Origin: Chara braunii
Lineage: Eukaryota > Plantae > Charophyceae
Direction of reading: 5' to 3'
NCBI GenBank assembly: GCA_003427395.1
Contig: BFEA01000026.1
Span: forward strand, 3,375,435 to 3,437,737
DNA: 62,303 nucleotides
A program made the translations under genes and the position numbers. The notes under the pieces were generated by a model. That model had not been told where the DNA came from. It ran no database searches and was given only the letters and a program-made list of their open reading frames with translations. Positions 50,401 to 62,303 of the stretch are shown piece by piece. The first letter of the stretch is position 1, and each line of letters opens with the position of its first letter.

Positions 50401-52547
50401 GTCCTGGCAACCAACGCTATGGGCGAGTCTCCATTTGCCCGATGTCGCCGATAAACGAGCGTGGAGTAACTTTCTCCTTCAGACCTTGCCCCCACCCCCG
50501 CGCAGCGTTCCTTTCTCCGTACCGCCTACCCCACTAACTCCCTACTAATATGACCTGACCGTTCGATTCGCCTGGGGCTAAAAACCCCGGTGATAACTCT
50601 TTCGCTGGCATCGCTGCCAAACTTTGTCAAGGACCGGTGGGTTCACGTTCTCCACTCTCACTCCTTATCGCCATAGCTCGTACTCGTCCATTCTTACCTC
50701 CGAATGCATCTGGCGTGATAAAGCGTCCAGGTTCTTCCGCCTTCCCGCAGGCGGTACCTCAGCTACCGCAGTTTTTGACAGCAGCAGACTCTTCTGCGTT
50801 CGGCCCGGCAGCGACGACCGCCTCCAGCTAGCTTCTGAAAGAACTGGCCACCAAGTTGCTCGATAAGCCCTTTTACCTCTACACGTAGTTCGACGACCGA
50901 TTCGCATGACAGCTCCCGCGATTCGGACAAAGCTTCGGCGGGAACCAACTACTAAACGGTCCAAATAGTCTCTCGCCCCTAAACCCAAGTCCGATTTCCT
51001 GGTTCATTCTGCAGCATTGTTGCAGGCCTATACCATGGTGCCCCTAATCCATACGCTAGCCCCCTGACGCCGTTTTTCAGTCTGGTTCGACCTCGCTGTC
51101 TGCGAGCTCCTCCGTCCCCCTTCCTGTGCTAGCCCGTCGTCTCCTAATAGCGCAAGACCGCTCATCACCTATACTTGGCCTGGGCATTTATCAGCACAGC
51201 CCGTGGGCCAATTGTGGTGGGAGTAAATATTCACTATAGATTGTAGAATGTGCTGCGGCTTACCTTCCAAATCGACTGGCCCGTGTACGCTGGTGATGCT
51301 GTAGCAAGCAACCTATGCACAGCCATGGTAGTGATCCCAACACTGCTAAAGGTGGAATGATTTTCACAGAGCCCACTGGATGCTCAACTCATTTGCACAC
51401 CTTCTCATAGTCCCCCCCGGACCATTCTACCCGAGCACGGCCTCCCGCCACTTTCGAGTTCCGATGGGCAAACTCACATTCAGACCTCATCTAGCAAATT
51501 GTGGGTGGCGAACAGTACCCCTGCAAAAGGTCCACGCCACCCTGGTCTCCTTCTAGGCTTGTGGGCTAATCGCCCACCTGCTCGCATGCAAGTTGAACTC
51601 CTCGGCCCGTATTTATTCCAAAACAGGTGGAATAAGGAAATTCCGCCCGCATCCCAAAACATGCGGAAACCCAAATACGGATCTGGTTCTTCAACAGCTC
51701 GTCGGTGTGCCCACTGCGCTGGGCCTTTCGGGTCCGCGACCGATCTCGCAAACCCACGCCGGGCCCAAACAGAGAACACGGGAAAATAGTAGTAATAAAA
51801 TTAAAACCAATCCCAAAAAGAAAGGAAGAAAGACTTAAGGAGGTCGAGGTGCAAAACTTAATATAGCTCTCTTCCTTGGCCCTGCAACGCGGGCCCGCGA
51901 CCGGACTCCCCCGACAAAACTAAAGGGGATAGTCCCGGAGGACCCTCAAGCCCTCAACCCTTCCGATGCTCCGCTGCTCCTATACTGCTGTCCGTTGGCC
52001 TCCAACCCCGTATCTTCTCCGTGTAGGTCCAGTGTCGTAACCAATAGGGTTAAGCCCAAACCTGGGACCAGCCGGCGCGAAATTTTATAAAAACGGTGTC
52101 GCGCTAGATTCTAAGTTTAAAATTCGACTTGGGCCTTACTTCTGTCCACAACCAGTCGCGTGGCCACCCAACACTCACGCCAGCTTACCCGAGCCATACC
52201 ATAACCATTATGCGCCCTCCTTCATTCGTCAGTCCTGCCGTTGGTCAATCATACCGAACCAAAAACGTGGTACAGCTAATTAACACCCTTACCTTAATCA
52301 ACAATTAGGAACTAGACCGGCCAACTATGGAGGCCCCTACATCAATACAAACGAAAAGAAAGGATCACACGCGCCCCCTAAACTTCACGTGCTCACATAT
52401 CCTCTACACTGGTCAATTATCCAGTCAATGTAACTCTCAGACATTGTCGCGCCTCACACAGTATACTCAACCTTTTTAAACTAGGTTTAATTTCTATCAC
52501 TTGCAAAAACCAAGGCGGATACACTTGTCAGGGCATTCGCGCCGACA
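44422..52547. mobile_element. 8.1-kb non-coding TG...CA element, copy 2
   Basis: acgt|TGTCGAGCGC ... GCGCCGACA|acgt. It is inserted in the LINE, which confirms the boundaries independently. Confidence 0.88.
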
Positions 52548-52672
52548 ACGTGCGCATAGGCCCTTCCCGAGAGCGGATGAGCACGTCAGGGTGTCTGACC
52601 ATTGCAACGAATTCAAAGAATGTTCCTAAAGATTGAACAGATGGACATTGCATATGGTAGGAGTTGCGGTCG

Positions 52673-52708
<36 letters not shown>

Positions 52709-53476
52709 TTCAGCTCCTGTCTTTGAGCCACATTAGGGGGTCGGTCTCGAGTGGGGCCTAGGGGGCCAGGGCTGCAATTTGTGCCAAGGCGAGAGGGACC
52801 CAGGGAGAGGATGATTAGAAGATGAGATGTCGGAGCCAACGAAAGTGGAGGGCTTGAAACTGTGTAGACGGATCCACAATTCCAAGCCCCCCTTCGGCCT
52901 TTGGCTGAATTATCGAATCCCATGCTACCCGAAAAATAGCATGAGGATTGTTGCTATCTCCTCTCCATAAAAAGGCCGCCAACTGTCGTTTAAATGACTA
53001 ATGGCCATCGATGTTCGTGGACCATAGTATGGCTTTATACCAGAGTGTGGTTAATACTACATTGTTAATGACCAAAGTCCAACCAAATATTGAAGTGTGT
53101 TTGTTGTTCCACCCTGCGAGCTTATTGTGTGCCGGCCCTACCAGCCATTCGTCATTAGTGACTTGTTTACCCTTAGCCGTAACCAATCCTCCCAGAATTC
53201 TTAGCCGGTCATCAAGGGGAAACCAAGTAATACGGGGGTTCTCAGGGGGCCTACCTCCTTGGTGATGTAGCCACCAACCTACCGTCTTTTGATCCCAATT
53301 CACAACCATATCTGACATTCTACAAAACCTATTCATAAGGCTTTGGATTTCCTCCATATTCTGTAATGCCGCCTTTGCCATAATAGTGAGGTCCTCAACA
53401 AAAAGAGAGCAGATTGACACTGCCTCCTCAGCTATGTGTCCGAAATCGGATTCAAAGAGAGCAGATTGACACTCCC

Positions 53477-53703
53477 GTTTCAACTCCGCGTTGAACCGAG
53501 TTGAACATGGTACAACTCGGCCCGCGGATTTTTTTTTGCAGGCAAAACATAAGTGAAAAAAATAAATAAAAATATGGGGGTGTAGATGTTTTTGCTCTCT
53601 ACATCCTCATATTTTTATTTGTATTTTTTTAGCATTAAAGTTATGTTTAAAAAAATCAAAAACTAAACCAGACTCAAAACAGATATATATTTTTTTCTTT
53701 TTT

Positions 53704-53738
<35 letters not shown>

Positions 53739-53774
53739 GGCTGGGGGATGGGTCGCCCCTCCCACCCCCATTGA

Positions 53775-53813
<39 letters not shown>

Positions 53814-53867
53814 TGTTACTTACACGGGGTCTGAAAGCGACGTTTTTTGTTTTTTTTTTGTTTTTTT

Positions 53868-53926
<59 letters not shown>

Positions 53927-53978
53927 GGGGGATGGGTCGCCCCCCCAACCCCCACCCAATCACACACACACACACACA

Positions 53979-54017
<39 letters not shown>

Positions 54018-54072
54018 TTTCTCTCGCCGAAGTTGTGCGGGGTCCCCGCCCGCCCAACTTGGGAGAAAGAAA

Positions 54073-54141
<69 letters not shown>

Positions 54142-54319
54142 NNNNNNNNNNNNNNNNNNNNNNNNNNNNNNNNNNNNNNNNNNNNNNNNNNNNNNNNNNN
54201 NNNNNNNNNNNNNNNNNNNNNNNNNNNNNNNNNNNNNNNNNNNNNNNNNNNNNNNNNNNNNNNNNNNNNNNNNNGTGTGTGTGCTGTCTCTTATACACAT
54301 CTAGATGTGCCTAAGACCC

Positions 54320-54384
<65 letters not shown>

Positions 54385-54435
54385 TTTCTTTCGCCCAAGT
54401 TGCGCAGGCGGGAACCCCGCGCAACTTCGGCGCAA

Positions 54436-54489
<54 letters not shown>

Positions 54490-54628
54490 TTGGGTGGGGG
54501 TTGGGGGGGCGACCCATTCCCCCACCAGTCAATCAATCAAGCAATCAATCAATCAAAAAAAAAAAAAAAAAAAGTAAAAATAACGAGAAAAGCGGTTTTC
54601 CGCTTTTTTTTTTTAGTTTTTTTCTCTC

Positions 54629-54695
<67 letters not shown>

Positions 54696-55212
54696 AGGGG
54701 ATGGGTCGCCCCCCCCCACCCCCACCCGATCACACACACACACACACACATACGCACACACATACACACACACACACGCAAAAATAAATAAATAAATAAA
54801 TTATTTTTATATTTTATTTTTTATTTTAATTTTGGTGAAGATTTTCTATGTGACCCTGAGGCAAAAGTTGTTCAGTTTATTTTTCTGCATAACATAGTTT
54901 TTTTTCGGAAGTTTTGGACGACGTCCGTTGTTTTTCTTTTCAACGGGATTTAACGGTGGTTCAACGAGATTCAACGGGGATTCAACGGGATTCAACGGGG
55001 ATTCATTGGGGATTCAACGGGGATTCAATGGGGATTCAACGAGATTCAAAGGGATGATTTTTTTTTTTGGTTCACGTGCGTCCGGCGCCGTGTCCGAGGC
55101 CCAATGCACCATCCCCGTTGAACAATATTCAACGGGGGGGGCCCGTTGTACTATTCAATGAGAATTTAACGGGGCCCCGGGGGCTATTCAACGGGTACAA
55201 CGGAGTTGAAAC
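53477..55212. mobile_element. Non-autonomous DNA transposon related to the hAT at 17660-23600, filled with (TGAT)n-GC-rich core-(CA)n modules
   Basis: 12-bp terminal inverted repeat GTTTCAACTCCG/CGGAGTTGAAAC and subterminal TTCAACGGG repeats. cgtgtccgaggccc (55089) is the exact reverse complement of gggcctcggacacg (17777). It interrupts the LINE RT. Confidence 0.8.
54284..54309 (+). other. Nextera/Tn5 mate-pair junction adapter (assembly artefact)
   Basis: CTGTCTCTTATACACATCT followed by AGATGTG, adjacent to an N gap. Confidence 0.95.
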
Positions 55213-58200
55213 TTTCCCATTGCCTGTTGAATACACACATAGCTTCTCAAGTATATCCGCTATTTTGATCCGAGCCTGATCCTTATTGTGTTTCAGACTG
55301 GCGGAAAGTGCGTCTATAATGACTAGAAAGCGGTAGGGCGCGATAGGGTCTGCTTGTCTCACCGATCTTTGAAGCTTAAATGGAGGTGCCACGGACCTAT
55401 TAACTTGTACACAGGTGGTGGCGTTGTTATCAAGAATCCTCAGCCAACGTTTGAAGATAGGTCCAAAGTTTATTTTTTCTAGGCATCTGTCCAAGAAAAA
55501 CAAGTCGACGTGGTCGTAGGCTTTCTCAAAATCAATGAAAATAATGGCCGCATTTACCCGATTCCTTTGCGTCAGTTTAACTACTTCATTCACCAGAAGG
55601 ATGTTCTCTTGTATATTCCTAATGACCATAAAGCCTGTCTATGCAAGGTGTATGATATCGTCCAATATCGATGTCATATGATTTGCCATGACTTTGGAAA
55701 ACATTTTATAGACTACTGTAAGAAGGGTGATAGGTCTATAGTTCCGGATATTCATTTTATCCCCCTTTTCGTATAGTAACGACAATACCCCTTTCCCCAA
55801 CTTCCCATACCTCCTTGTAATAGTCCTACAAATCCGGACTTAATTCGTCCACATCGCTTCCCAAAACGCTTTAGGGAAGCCATCGGTACTCGAGTTTTTT
55901 TCCTCCTTCATTTGAAAAAGCACAACCCATACTTCATCTTTTGTCAAAGACTCCTCCAATCGGTCGCGTTGTTGTGGGGAAAGGCGTCTGTCCATGGGAA
56001 GTAAGAATTCTTCAAGTTTTCTTTCCCTTACTTCCCCCAGCGGGGTCGAAATTTGAGAAGTGTACAATTATTTAAAGAAATTCCTCGTGATTAATGTACA
56101 ATAAGCGGTATCGGTTGCAATAACCTCCTCCCTACTGTCTGGTTCAAAGAGTGCCTCGATTACGATTCGTCGCGCGTGGGCCGTAGCCATCGCGAAGAAA
56201 TGAGTGTCCACCTTGGCTTCCTGGGTGAACTTGGTCATTTTTCCTCGGATTCAGATACCTTGCCATCTATGTTGTGCGTACGTTAAGAGTTGATCCTTCA
56301 CTCTCTGAATGGAAATAGTGAAATGCTGTGAATCTTCTTGTTGTTCCAGGTTTAGCAATTTCTTGTGAATACTCAATTCTTGCTGATAACGTTGGGCCGC
56401 TCTAACCTTAGGGAATTCCTTACACTTTTTAGCCAGAAAAATTAACCCATTATTGAACCATGTAGAGACTGAATCAAAAAGATGTTTTTGTTGGCGCCAA
56501 AAATGCCATTCGAGTTGAATCATATGTCTAAATGGGTCGTCCCTTAAGAGGGAGGTGTTTAGTTTGTAAAACCCAGACCCTTGATCCGACCTTTTCCTCA
56601 TTGTTAAAATTAACCCACATGTCTTGTGATCCAGACCAGGGAACGGGCTGCGTGGAAGGATAGATGACCAGTGCACTGCCCCCTCCAGGTCATCCTACAT
56701 TAATTTAGTGACAGAGGAAGAAAATTGTTGTCAGGGCATACTCATGAGTCACAACTAGCTAAGGACCTTTTCCACTTCATTGTGGACTTAATTCCAGTCA
56801 AGTGCATTTAAGCCCGGTTGGAAAACCGGTCATATACGTCTAGTATGTCCTCAATCTATTTCTAGGCGGCTTCTCCGATGCAAGGTCGCCAAAATACTCG
56901 CTAACTGTCACCTTGGAGTTATTATCGCAGCTACACAAGGGGAAATAACTGCAAACATCAGGCTTGATACTTCACCAAACCATGACCAAGATCATTACCT
57001 AAGGAGATGGTGATGTCCTTCATCAAGCGTGTAGTGCCTGCGTTTTATACGTGTGAGTACAGAAGAAGGGTTCCAGTTCCGAGTCTGAGTTATGCGCTTC
57101 ACCTTGTAACCATCACCTGTATTCGTGATGGGTTCCCTTCTGGGGCGGCACGGATCTTATCATCCAGAAAGTTCACCAAATCCTCAGAGTGTTTCATAAC
57201 ACTTACGGCTACCGTTTCACCCAAATACAACGTCTGGTCATTATCGTTGTACCTAGACTGAAAGTTGAACCAGATACGGTGTTCTATTCGGTGAAGATGG
57301 TAGTGGAGGCTAGCCTCATATCTTCCCCCCCTTTTTCACCGGTGAGTATCTAATACTGGTGGAATGTTGGACATTACGTCCCCTAGTAAAGAAACTTACC
57401 TTCGCGATCTCCACTACCACAAGGCTTCTTATGATTTTTACTGAGTGCCGAAATTAGTGAAAATTTCCACAAGACATTTCAGAATTTTTGTCGGTTCTCA
57501 GTCTAGTCCGCAGACTCAGCACCCAAACTTTGACTAACTACTTCCTCATGACACTTTACACCAGGGTTGTGCCATCAACCAGTCGGTTGGACCGGGCCGG
57601 ATCCAACTAGGCTGGTTGTAACCCCAGTGGTCCAGCCGGAATAATTCCGGTTGGATCCAAAAGTGGGTCAATTTTTTTTATTTATTTTTTCCCGAAAACA
57701 TGGTTGGACTGCGCTTGCCGAGATCTCCCCGAATCCGCAAAGAAAACTTTGAACAGAGAAGTTTCGTTCGGTGGGTTGAGGTGGGGGGGGGATGGAGGGG
57801 GATTATTTCAGGGGTTGGGGGTTGGGGGTCGAGGGTTGGGGGGTTTATGGTGAGCGTGTTAGCGGTGGGGTCTCAGCAAGCACGGGCTTCAGCAGACATT
57901 GACAACAATGTACCTGATTTTCTGCAAACGTTAACCTTCCACCCGAAAACTTTGAAAAGGGGGCCGGGGGTGTTAGTGGCAGGGTAGGGATAGTACTTCC
58001 CACCCAAAAACTTTGAAAAGGGTGCTGGGGGTGATAGTGTTAGGGGGTGTTTGTCAGTGTTGTCTGGTCCAAGTTGCCCTCGATACTGGTAGGGTGATGG
58101 TCCTGAGTGCTGGTAACACTGAGGTAGGATAGTAGGGATAGGGGGTGCACTGAGAGCATCAACGTGGGGAAGGGTTGGGAACTTGAAGGTGACCTCTCCT

Positions 58201-58424
58201 GTCAGGACAACCACCGGCTACCGCTGCCAGCGATCACTGTGGGTCTAGTCCTTGGCTTCTTCAACACTCTGGGCTTTGAAAGGAGAAATATAAAGAAAAA
58301 TGATGCGCTACGGCCAACCGGAAGGGAACTGGCCCCGTCGACTGGCTGGTAGGACCGGTCCGGTTCCGGTTGGGGCAGGGCTCCCCTGTCCTACCGAGAG
58401 AAGGTTAACAACAATCGTATTTTT

Positions 58425-58745
58425 TATCACCACTTCAAGGCACTATTCACCACTTTAGGATGCACCCTGCCTAAACAGGTGGTTTTTAGGGTCTTCGAAC
58501 CTTTCACCACTTCAGGACACCCTTCACCACTTCAGGATGCAGCCTGCCTAAACAGGTGGTTTTCAGGGTCTTCGGACCTTTCACCACTTCAGGACCATTC
58601 AGGATTTTCAAACTGCCCAAAACTCTCACTTCACCACTTTAGGATGCAGCCTGACTAAACATATGGTTTTCAAGGTCTTCGGACTTTTTACTACTTCATG
58701 ACCATTCAGAATTTTCAGACTGCCAAAAAATCTCACTTCAGAATA
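58425..58745. repeat. Minisatellite of TTCACCACTT(T/C)AGGA-containing units
   Basis: Three longer units ttcaccactt(t/c)aggatgca(c/g)cctg(c/a)ctaaaca..tggtttt..ggtcttcg(a/g)ac plus partial units. Confidence 0.85.
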
Positions 58746-59098
58746 TTCATTCCTGAATTTTCAGCTACCCGTTAACTGTTTGTGGTCCTGGGCTTTCGAA
58801 GTGGAATGCCCCTCCCGCAAAAGAAAGAAAAAAAAAAAAAATCTAAAAAAAATCAAAAAAAAAAAAATCTAAAATAAAATCTAAAAAAATAAATCACCTC
58901 TAAAAACAACGGTCGTCCGCATGGATAACTGTTTGGTGTACTGGGGCTGAAAAACCCCAGTCACTTCAAAGGGTGCCACATGGCGCATTGCTTTTAGTTT
59001 TTTAGTTTTTTTTTTTTTTCCTTACTTCTGTGACTCGTTCATCCGAAACGAACGGGTGCTCAATCGACCTACACCAAAGCGAATCTTAAAAAAAAAAA

Positions 59099-59130
<32 letters not shown>

Positions 59131-59142
59131 CGATTTTTTTTT

Positions 59143-59191
59143 GGGATCATTTCTTGATTTATGCGTATCATCCTTGCACAGGGTCATGTTA
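59143..59191 (-). pseudogene. U6: U6 snRNA 3' half (from the AGC-triad position onward)
   Basis: The minus strand reads taacatgaccctgtgcaaggatgatacgcataaatcaagaaatgatccc, then A9-TCG and a long T run. Confidence 0.85.
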
Positions 59192-59930
59192 CCTCCACGC
59201 GGCTGATCTGATCTCAGCCGCGTGATCTCGTAATCACACAGCCGAGATCAGCCGCACCTCCTGCCTTATGGTGGCCAGCTCCAAAAGGAGCTAGCCAAGT
59301 ACATTGCGTGCGGTCGGGCTTGATCCAGGTATCAGTTGGGCGAAAATCTGGCATCGTAGCCTACTGGGCTAGCTCCTATCACATGATAGGAGCAACTCTT
59401 CCATATGAAGAGCTCGGCCCTGTCTCTATTTCCTTGTTGTGACCTTGCTGATCCTGCCTGCTTGCGGCCCTGCGAGCCTCACCTACTTGAGGCCTCACAG
59501 ACCCTGCGTGCTAGCTCCGCCCCATCGATTGACTGCAGGTATCAACCGCGGCAGTCTCTAGCCCTTAGCAGAGCAGGCTGCTAGGTCTCTCGACCACCGT
59601 TATGGTTTTAACCCCCTGTACAGCGGTCCCTCGTAGCCTCTTGGGCTCTGAATCACGCGGCTTAACAGTCGCGCGTCATTATCTTTGAGTAGGATAGGTC
59701 TTGCCTTAATGTTTTCACGTCCGTGTATCTCTGCGGCCTCAACAGAAGCTACCTATTACCATCAGACGTCGCAGGTGCCCTTGACTAAGGTTCAAAAAAT
59801 GTTATATTCTCACAGTCATATTTAGTTTGAATGAACTTTTGCAAACGACAATCTCATCAAGTCCTTCAATTCAACAAGAAAAAGTCGGACAGTGTCCGAC
59901 ATTCAAAACCCCCTGGCAAATACCCTTCCC
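59192..59930. mobile_element. Unclassified hairpin-rich repeat fused to the U6 3' half, copy B
   Basis: Homologous to 32758-33380. Hairpins include cacgcggctga/tcagccgcgtg, agctcc-aaaa-ggagct and gctcctatca-ca-tgataggagc. Confidence 0.7.
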
Positions 59931-61777
59931 GACTCCACCAGTTGCCTTTGCTTTTTTTTTCGATCGGCATCTCAAATCTTTTTTTTTTTCTTTTCAGGGG
60001 TCTCTAACGGTTGATGTGTGATTGCTTCTCCCACCATGCTTCTCCCTCCATATGGACAGACCATATCGATTGGTTAACCGCCTGGATGAACAATTGCCTC
60101 CCTCTTTTTGTGTATGTATGCATGAAATTGGATGCATGGATGATGGGTGTTTTTTTTGCCTAAAGTAAACAAGCATGATAGATGATCAGATGTTTGTCTC
60201 ACGATAGGACTACCCTCATTTGGTTAATGGGCCAGCGTGTACGAGACGCGGGTCATTGATCCCCGTCCATCGAACCGAAGGGCAGGCTTTGTGCATGCAC
60301 GTGTAAGCCCGACTAGAAGAACATGGCCTACAAGCGTGTTTGCAGAGCCTGCATTCGGCCCAACTTCTCGAATGTCTGAGTTCCCGCCTCACCCCACATC
60401 AGGAATATTGAACTCCCTTTTCGTTTTACTAACCGCGAGTGTCTGAGGGATCAGGAATTCGGGGAGTATTGGGAGCACGTGTGTCTGTCTATACGACCGA
60501 GGGGAGAACTTCCTAAATTTCCATACCCGGTGGGCAACGAACGCATCTGCGAGTGGGATATCAACCGAGCTCGAGAACGCATTCCCTACCACCCGGAATT
60601 CCCCAACTCGTACATGTGCCAGCAGCCACCTTGTTGCAGAACCCGGAGTAATTATTCTGGAAACCGACTTCCCTTCCTACCACCACATACTGCCCTTCTA
60701 CTCGCTGACCATCATCCCCTGGCGCACAATCGCTCCGTATTGGGCCCAACCCCCGTGCTCAGAGTGCTTGCAAGACCGTGAGTACCGAGCCTCCTGCTTC
60801 ATCCAGCGAACTCGCTCGGAGGAAGAGCGGAGGGGCGCACAGCCTTCGGTTAAGACCAGCCGCGCCGGATTTTGAGACCAGTGACGTACGACGCCAACAA
60901 GTGGTCGGACAACGCGATAGCTATAGCATCGCGGCTGTGCACCAAATACGAGTCCGACCCAGACGACGCAGCCAACAGAGGCGGTAGCCCCACGCTCAGA
61001 CTTCAACCCGCGCCTATTGTCTTGCATTCCTATCCCTGAAACTTGCCACGGGAGATCTCAGTTCCGACCTGGGACTCCACCCCCACTTTCCTTAAATCCT
61101 TGGCACACCCCCTTTTGTCGCACTTCCCGACCCACTCACACTCCGATCAGGAAGTCGCACTGGGCGTGAGGTTGGGCGTCACAGGAGGACGGATACACTT
61201 TATGGTGAAATATACGCCAGCCTGCTATAACCAGCCGTAGGCCTCACACTATTGGTTACGACATTCAATTTGCAGTTTGTAGACATGGGGATCAAGGTCA
61301 GCTGCTGGCAACGATGGAACTGTAAAGCATGACTGACGGAAGTTGATGGACTATACCGTGACCCCTTGCCTTTTGCAGACGAGCCCGATCGCGGGCCTGA
61401 CTGGTTGGACTGAGGGGGTACCAACGGGTTCCTCTCTTCCCCCTTCTCTTCCTTTATTTATTTTTACTTTTTATACTTTTTGTAATTCCGTTTTGGGACC
61501 AAAGCCGATACTGGTAACTCAGCTGGTACACCCTTCAACTACGAATCCCCCCCGGAGGTGGCCATGCGCAGTCGCGGCCACGGCCGCGGCTGCAACCCCG
61601 CGGCCATGGATGCCCTGCCGCACGACTTTGCATCCGTGTGGCGGCCAGTGGGGGAAGCAGGGGGGGGTCTGATTGGGGTTGCGCAACCCCAACCGCACCC
61701 CCTTACGGAAAAAAAAAAAAAAATAAACGAGTTTCGGGAGAGGGTCGGTTGGAAAAAAAAAAGAAAAAAAAAAAATC

Positions 61778-61883
61778 TTGATTGATTGATTGATTGATTG
61801 GGATTTGTTTTGTTGTGTTATTTTTTTATTGAGATTGATTGATTGATTGATTGACTTTGTGATTGATCGATTGCTTGATTGAT

Positions 61884-61918
<35 letters not shown>

Positions 61919-61958
61919 CTGATTGATTGATTGGTGGGGGAGGGGTGCCCCCCCCCCT

Positions 61959-62019
<61 letters not shown>

Positions 62020-62050
62020 GCACACACACACACGCGCGCGCACGCGCGCC
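61778..62050. repeat. (TGAT)n-GC-rich core-(CA)n module
   Basis: Same architecture as the modules in 53700-54780. Confidence 0.75.
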
Positions 62051-62201
62051 GACAGAAAAAGGAGTGTGGCAGTGTATATTTCCATGTTCTAGCCGTAGAT
62101 TCATTCAATTTTTCTCATCCTGTAGAAGGACCATGAGGCCAGCCGCTTGCTCATCCTATAGAAGTACCATGAGGCCAGCTGCGAGGTTGGAGACTTAGCT
62201 G

Positions 62202-62293
<92 letters not shown>

Positions 62294-62303
62294 TGCGCGC
62301 GCT

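Larger units (their letters stand above)
41920..56700 (-). mobile_element. L1-type LINE ORF2 remnant interrupted by two younger insertions
   Basis: Collinear on minus: EN end DHK..GFYKLNTSLL (56251-56676), STDGFPKAFW (55840-56067), IDFEKAYDHVD..VRQADPIAP (55213-55629), SLFVEDLT..LRILG (52998-53476), zf-RVT WQIAHRCLPTNDWL and LWVIWWRRC (42750-43733), then 3' stem-loop repeats at 42161-42605. Interrupted by 44422-52547 and 53477-55212. Confidence 0.85.

Noticed and set aside
57562-58388. hAT-like MITE with CAGGG...CCCTG ends and CCGG-rich subtermini
   Set aside because: Only a 5-bp terminal match and no 8-bp TSD. Probably a repeat, but the boundaries cannot be supported.

Overview
Eukaryotic, repeat-rich draft-assembly window with many N gaps and microsatellites. 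The repeat landscape suggests a streptophyte alga such as Chara (inference, not checked). The only clear host gene is a RAD51C orthologue (1757-2887, minus) whose coding sequence is one uninterrupted exon. The rest is nested mobile DNA: decayed L1-type LINEs sharing a 3' stem-loop, a broken hAT-like element (BED finger plus DUF659-type region) and a non-autonomous relative, Penelope-like RT fragments, several MITEs, and two related 7-8 kb non-coding TG...CA elements, each flanked by ACGT. The most unusual signal is at least five clear U6 snRNA copies or fragments plus one U2 fragment. Three U6 copies are broken at essentially the same place, just 5' of the AGC triad/ISL, and two of these are fused to the same unidentified hairpin-rich element. 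This suggests a U6-targeted (or U6-tailed) mobile element. A Nextera adapter at 54284 marks an assembly artefact. All alignments were done by eye.
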